From: an uncultured archaeon
Lineage (GTDB): Archaea; Altiarchaeota; Altiarchaeia; JAFGQM01
Direction of reading: 5' to 3'
Length of the DNA: 10,179 bases
Assembly: GCA_964592405.1 (NCBI GenBank)
Contig: CAZQBY010000021.1
Coordinates: 1-10,179 of the forward strand
Part shown: one piece after another, positions 7,718 through 10,179 of the stretch
Numbering within the stretch: position 1 is the first letter of the stretch
Layout of the letters: every line of letters begins with the position of its first letter
Translations under genes and position numbers: made by a program
The notes under the pieces: model-generated
The model's input: the letters and a program-made list of their open reading frames with translations, nothing else
Told to the model about the DNA's origin: nothing
The model's database searches: none

Positions 7718-7747
7718 TTTCTAGAATTAGAAGGATAGGCAATAAAA

Positions 7748-8665
7748 CTACTCGAACTCTATTGTTGCCGGCGGTTTGTTAGTCAGGTCGTAAAGCACGC
7801 GGGTCACACCCTTGACCTCAGATGTTATGCGGTTGGATATCCTCTGGAGGACCTCCCAATAGATACGCATGGATGTTGCTGTCATCGCATCGAGAGATTC
7901 CACCGACCTTATGGCTATCATGAAACCGTACTCGCGCGAGTCGCCCTTGACTCCGGTTGCCCTGCCGGGGAGTATGGCAGCCAGCGCCTGCCAAGGCCTC
8001 AGGCCCGATTTTTCTATCTCCTCCAGCACTATGGCATCCGCCTCCCTGACGGCCTCCAACCGCTCGGGGGTTATTTCACCGAGGACGCGCACCGCCAGGC
8101 CCGGGCCCGGAAACGGCATCCTCTCCGTTATCTCGGGGGGTAAGCCCAGCCTGCGCGCAACTTCTCGCACCTCATCCTTGTACAGATCACGCAGCGGCTC
8201 AACCAGCTCAAGGACCATGCCGTGGGGAAGCGTAACATTATGATGGCTCTTTATCTTTCCGCCGGTTTCTATCCAATCAGGCGCAATCGTGCCCTGAACA
8301 AGGAATTTGGCATTTGCCTTCTTCGCCTCACGCTCAAAGACCTCAATGAATTTATGTCCGATTATCTCCCTCTTTTTTTCCGGGTCTGAAACGCCCTTCA
8401 AAGCCTCCATGAACTCACTGCGCGCATCAACGCTCCTGAAATTGAGTCCGTATTTTCCCTTGAATGTTTTCTGCACCAGCTCCGGCTCGTTCTTTCGCAT
8501 GAAGCCTGTGTCGACAAAAACAGCTGTCAGATTGTTGCCTATGGCTCTGGCGGTCAGGATAGCTGCCACGCTGGAGTCCACCCCTCCGCTCAGACCTATT
8601 ATGGCATGGTCGCCACCTATCTGCTTCTTTATCTTCTCAACAGCCTCATCTATAAATTTCTCCAT
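7748..8665 (-). CDS. guaAB: GMP synthase (glutamine-hydrolysing) subunit B, ATP pyrophosphatase subunit
   Basis: PP-loop GLSGGVDSSVAA, DPEKKREIIG, LVQGTIAPDWIE, IKSHHNV, EPLRDLYKDEVR, PFPGPGLAVR and KPPATIEFE. There is no GATase domain (archaeal split form). Start revised to ATG 8665. Confidence 0.97.
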   Translation of the reverse strand: MEKFIDEAVEKIKKQIGGDHAIIGLSGGVDSSVAAILTARAIGNNLTAVFVDTGFMRKNEPELVQKTFKGKYGLNFRSVDARSEFMEALKGVSDPEKKREIIGHKFIEVFEREAKKANAKFLVQGTIAPDWIETGGKIKSHHNVTLPHGMVLELVEPLRDLYKDEVREVARRLGLPPEITERMPFPGPGLAVRVLGEITPERLEAVREADAIVLEEIEKSGLRPWQALAAILPGRATGVKGDSREYGFMIAIRSVESLDAMTATSMRIYWEVLQRISNRITSEVKGVTRVLYDLTNKPPATIEFE

Positions 8666-8672
8666 GCTGGTA

Positions 8673-9008
8673 TCAGAACTGGATATCCACAAAGTCGCCC
8701 TCCTCAAGACCAAGGAGGGCCCTGAGATTCTTTTCTGCTATAATCTCGACTATGCCCTCCTTCCGTTCTCCTTTCTCCGGAAAGACTGCAAATGCCCTTT
8801 CGCCATTGACCGCACAGGAAGCGAGCTCTATGGCACCAAATCTCCCAAACCCGTCTATCCTGAGGGTTTCCAGAGGTGGTATATTATCGACCTTGAGATT
8901 TAATGTTCCGGGGTAGGGGGTAAACCCAACTTCCTTTCTTATCCTGTCCGAATAAACATCTACATACCTTGCACCTTCTCCTTTTCCTTTTACAACCATT
9001 GCCTTCAT
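8673..9008 (-). CDS. ribK: CTP-dependent riboflavin kinase (archaeal, stand-alone)
   Basis: GKGEGARY, GFTPYPGTLNL and VEIIAEKNLRALLGLEEGDFVDI motifs. ATG 9008 overlaps the nadE TGA (ATGA coupling). Confidence 0.9.
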   Translation of the reverse strand: MKAMVVKGKGEGARYVDVYSDRIRKEVGFTPYPGTLNLKVDNIPPLETLRIDGFGRFGAIELASCAVNGERAFAVFPEKGERKEGIVEIIAEKNLRALLGLEEGDFVDIQF

Positions 9009-9706
9009 AGTCTGCACACCTCCGGAGGTCGTCTCTTATGCCTGCTGGCTCTTACCATCTCCATAATCCGCCGGCTGCTGGCCCTGCCCTGAAGGACCAT
9101 GTCCAGGCGCTTGTAGGTTACGCCCAGATCCTTCTCATCCGTCTGGCCCCCCCATAGCCCGGCAGAAGGCTCTTTTTTTACTATTTTTTCTGGAACGCCA
9201 AGATGCCGGGCAAGGCGTCTTACCTGAGTCTTGTATACATCACCTATCGGGAGTATATCACAGCCGCCATCACCGTATTTCGTAAAGTATCCCACAGACA
9301 GCTCGCTCTTGTTGCCGGTGCCGACCACGAGGTAATTGACATGATTTGCATGATAGTACAACAGGCACATCCTTATGCGTGCCATCAGGTTGCCGATGGC
9401 CATCCTGTCATGGGTCAGGTGCTCCATAAAGGCGCGGAGGATGGGGTCAATGGGAATCACCTTCCTGTGTATTCCCAGACTGGCAGCAAGGGTCTTGGCA
9501 TCCTCTACATCGCTGTGGCGGCTGACGCTGGAAGGCATTATCAGGGCCATGACGTTGTCTGGCCCCAAGGCGCGCGCGCACAGGACTGCAACCACTGCAG
9601 AGTCCAGACCACCGCTCAGCCCCAAGACGGCGCCGCGGGCACCCGCCTGTCCAACCTTGCGCCTGATGAAGCGCTCTATCCTCTTGGTCACAGAAGCCAC
9701 ATCCAT
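9005..9706 (-). CDS. nadE: NH3-dependent NAD+ synthetase
   Basis: GLSGGLDSAV, GNLMARIRM, GTGNKSELSVGYFTKYGDGGCD, YKTQVR and PSAGLWGGQTDE motifs. Start revised to ATG 9706 (MDVASV). Confidence 0.97.
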   Translation of the reverse strand: MDVASVTKRIERFIRRKVGQAGARGAVLGLSGGLDSAVVAVLCARALGPDNVMALIMPSSVSRHSDVEDAKTLAASLGIHRKVIPIDPILRAFMEHLTHDRMAIGNLMARIRMCLLYYHANHVNYLVVGTGNKSELSVGYFTKYGDGGCDILPIGDVYKTQVRRLARHLGVPEKIVKKEPSAGLWGGQTDEKDLGVTYKRLDMVLQGRASSRRIMEMVRASRHKRRPPEVCRL

Positions 9707-9843
9707 TGCCACATATACATTAGAAGGGCACTGTTTGAAAATCAGGCAAGTCAGAAAACTCCTGGGCCGGAGAAGGCAAAAGGGCTTTTTGGGACAATTT
9801 GCCATTTTTATTTGCGGAATGAATAGAATAACACCCAACCAAA
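9707..9843. promoter_or_regulatory. Divergent promoter region between nadE and the 53-aa ORF
   Basis: TTTTCAAA on - (9734-9741, 27 nt from the nadE ATG) and TTTTTATT on + (9805-9812, 31 nt from ATG 9844), with inverted GGCAAA/TTTGCC (9775-9780, 9798-9803) between them. Confidence 0.45.
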
Positions 9844-10005
9844 ATGGAATGCAAGATATGCGGCGAGAAATTCGGCACAGAGGGCGAGCAACTCAACCTG
9901 TGTGAGCACCACGGGGGCTTCGTGCATCTGGACTGCTGCGCAAACAGCTGCAGCGGCCATGGCGGGCCGTGCCAGCACTGCATTGGGATTTACTCAAGGC
10001 TCTGA
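9844..10005 (+). CDS. 53-aa Cys/His-rich zinc-finger microprotein (PHD/RING-variant-like spacing)
   Basis: Manual translation: MECKICGEKFGTEGEQLNLCEHHGGFVHLDCCANSCSGHGGPCQHCIGIYSRL*. It has 8 Cys and 5 His with CxxC at both ends, an AAAATG start and a TATA-like element upstream. It is shorter than any ORF in the supplied track. Confidence 0.8.
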   Translation: MECKICGEKFGTEGEQLNLCEHHGGFVHLDCCANSCSGHGGPCQHCIGIYSRL

Positions 10006-10026
10006 GAACGTATCGCACGATAAGGG

Positions 10027-10179
10027 TCAGGAGGGTTCCGGTCGCCGTAGAGGGGCTGGAGACATTAGGCTAGGTTTCTTAAGTGCAGCAAGAAAGTGAG
10101 GCCCCCCAACCCTCACATCGCACCCACGTGCCAAGCTGCGCTGCATCCTGAAAAACACACCAGCAGGGGCGCTTTTCTC
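10027..10179 (-). CDS. Possible 3' end of a hypothetical gene entering from beyond the window
   Basis: The frame is open from the edge to TGA 10027 (EKSAPAGVFFRMQRSLARGCDVRVGGPHFLAALKKPSLMSPAPLRRPEPS*) and ends 21 nt from the convergent stop at 10005. No motif recognised. Confidence 0.35.
   Translation of the reverse strand, partial: EKSAPAGVFFRMQRSLARGCDVRVGGPHFLAALKKPSLMSPAPLRRPEPS

Noticed and set aside
7869-9826. Long antisense ORFs (7869..8243, 8307..8903, 9203..9826) and similar ones over hef, pckG and trm1
   Set aside because: These are shadow frames of well-supported genes and have no motifs of their own.
9707-9838. N-terminal extensions in the ORF track for nadE (also trm1 to 6460, guaAB to 8713, SemiSWEET to 6765, TGase-like to 5286)
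   Set aside because: They overlap neighbouring genes or promoter DNA and precede the conserved N-termini.
9720-10099. ORFs 9720..9983(-), 9902..10099(+) and 9375..9905(+)
   Set aside because: They are alternative frames over nadE or the 53-aa Cys/His ORF, which has a far more coherent motif pattern.
10006-10179. Possible structured RNA (GC-rich; GTGAGG...CCTCAC hairpin near 10096-10116)
   Set aside because: I found no tRNA cloverleaf or T-loop, and no SRP, RNase P or riboswitch signature. An open - strand frame explains it equally well. An Infernal/Rfam scan would settle it.

Overview
Archaeal chromosomal window, gene-dense and mostly housekeeping. The archaeal call rests on Hef, Trm1, a split GMP synthase subunit B, a CTP-dependent riboflavin kinase and TATA-type promoters; a DPANN-like lineage is only an inference from the SemiSWEET and the basic orphan genes. 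The + strand carries the 3' part of a Hef/FANCM-like helicase-ERCC4 nuclease, a 21-bp-period tandem duplication of a palindromic site, and a small membrane/coiled-coil gene. The - strand runs nadE-ribK-guaAB, NDP-sugar pyrophosphorylase-SemiSWEET, trm1, a transglutaminase-like gene with a degenerate triad, GTP-dependent PEPCK and a basic orphan. Divergent from nadE is a 53-aa Cys/His-rich ORF (9844..10005), absent from the ORF track, with PHD/RING-variant-like ligand spacing; this is the most interesting item. I saw no RNA gene, CRISPR array or mobile element.
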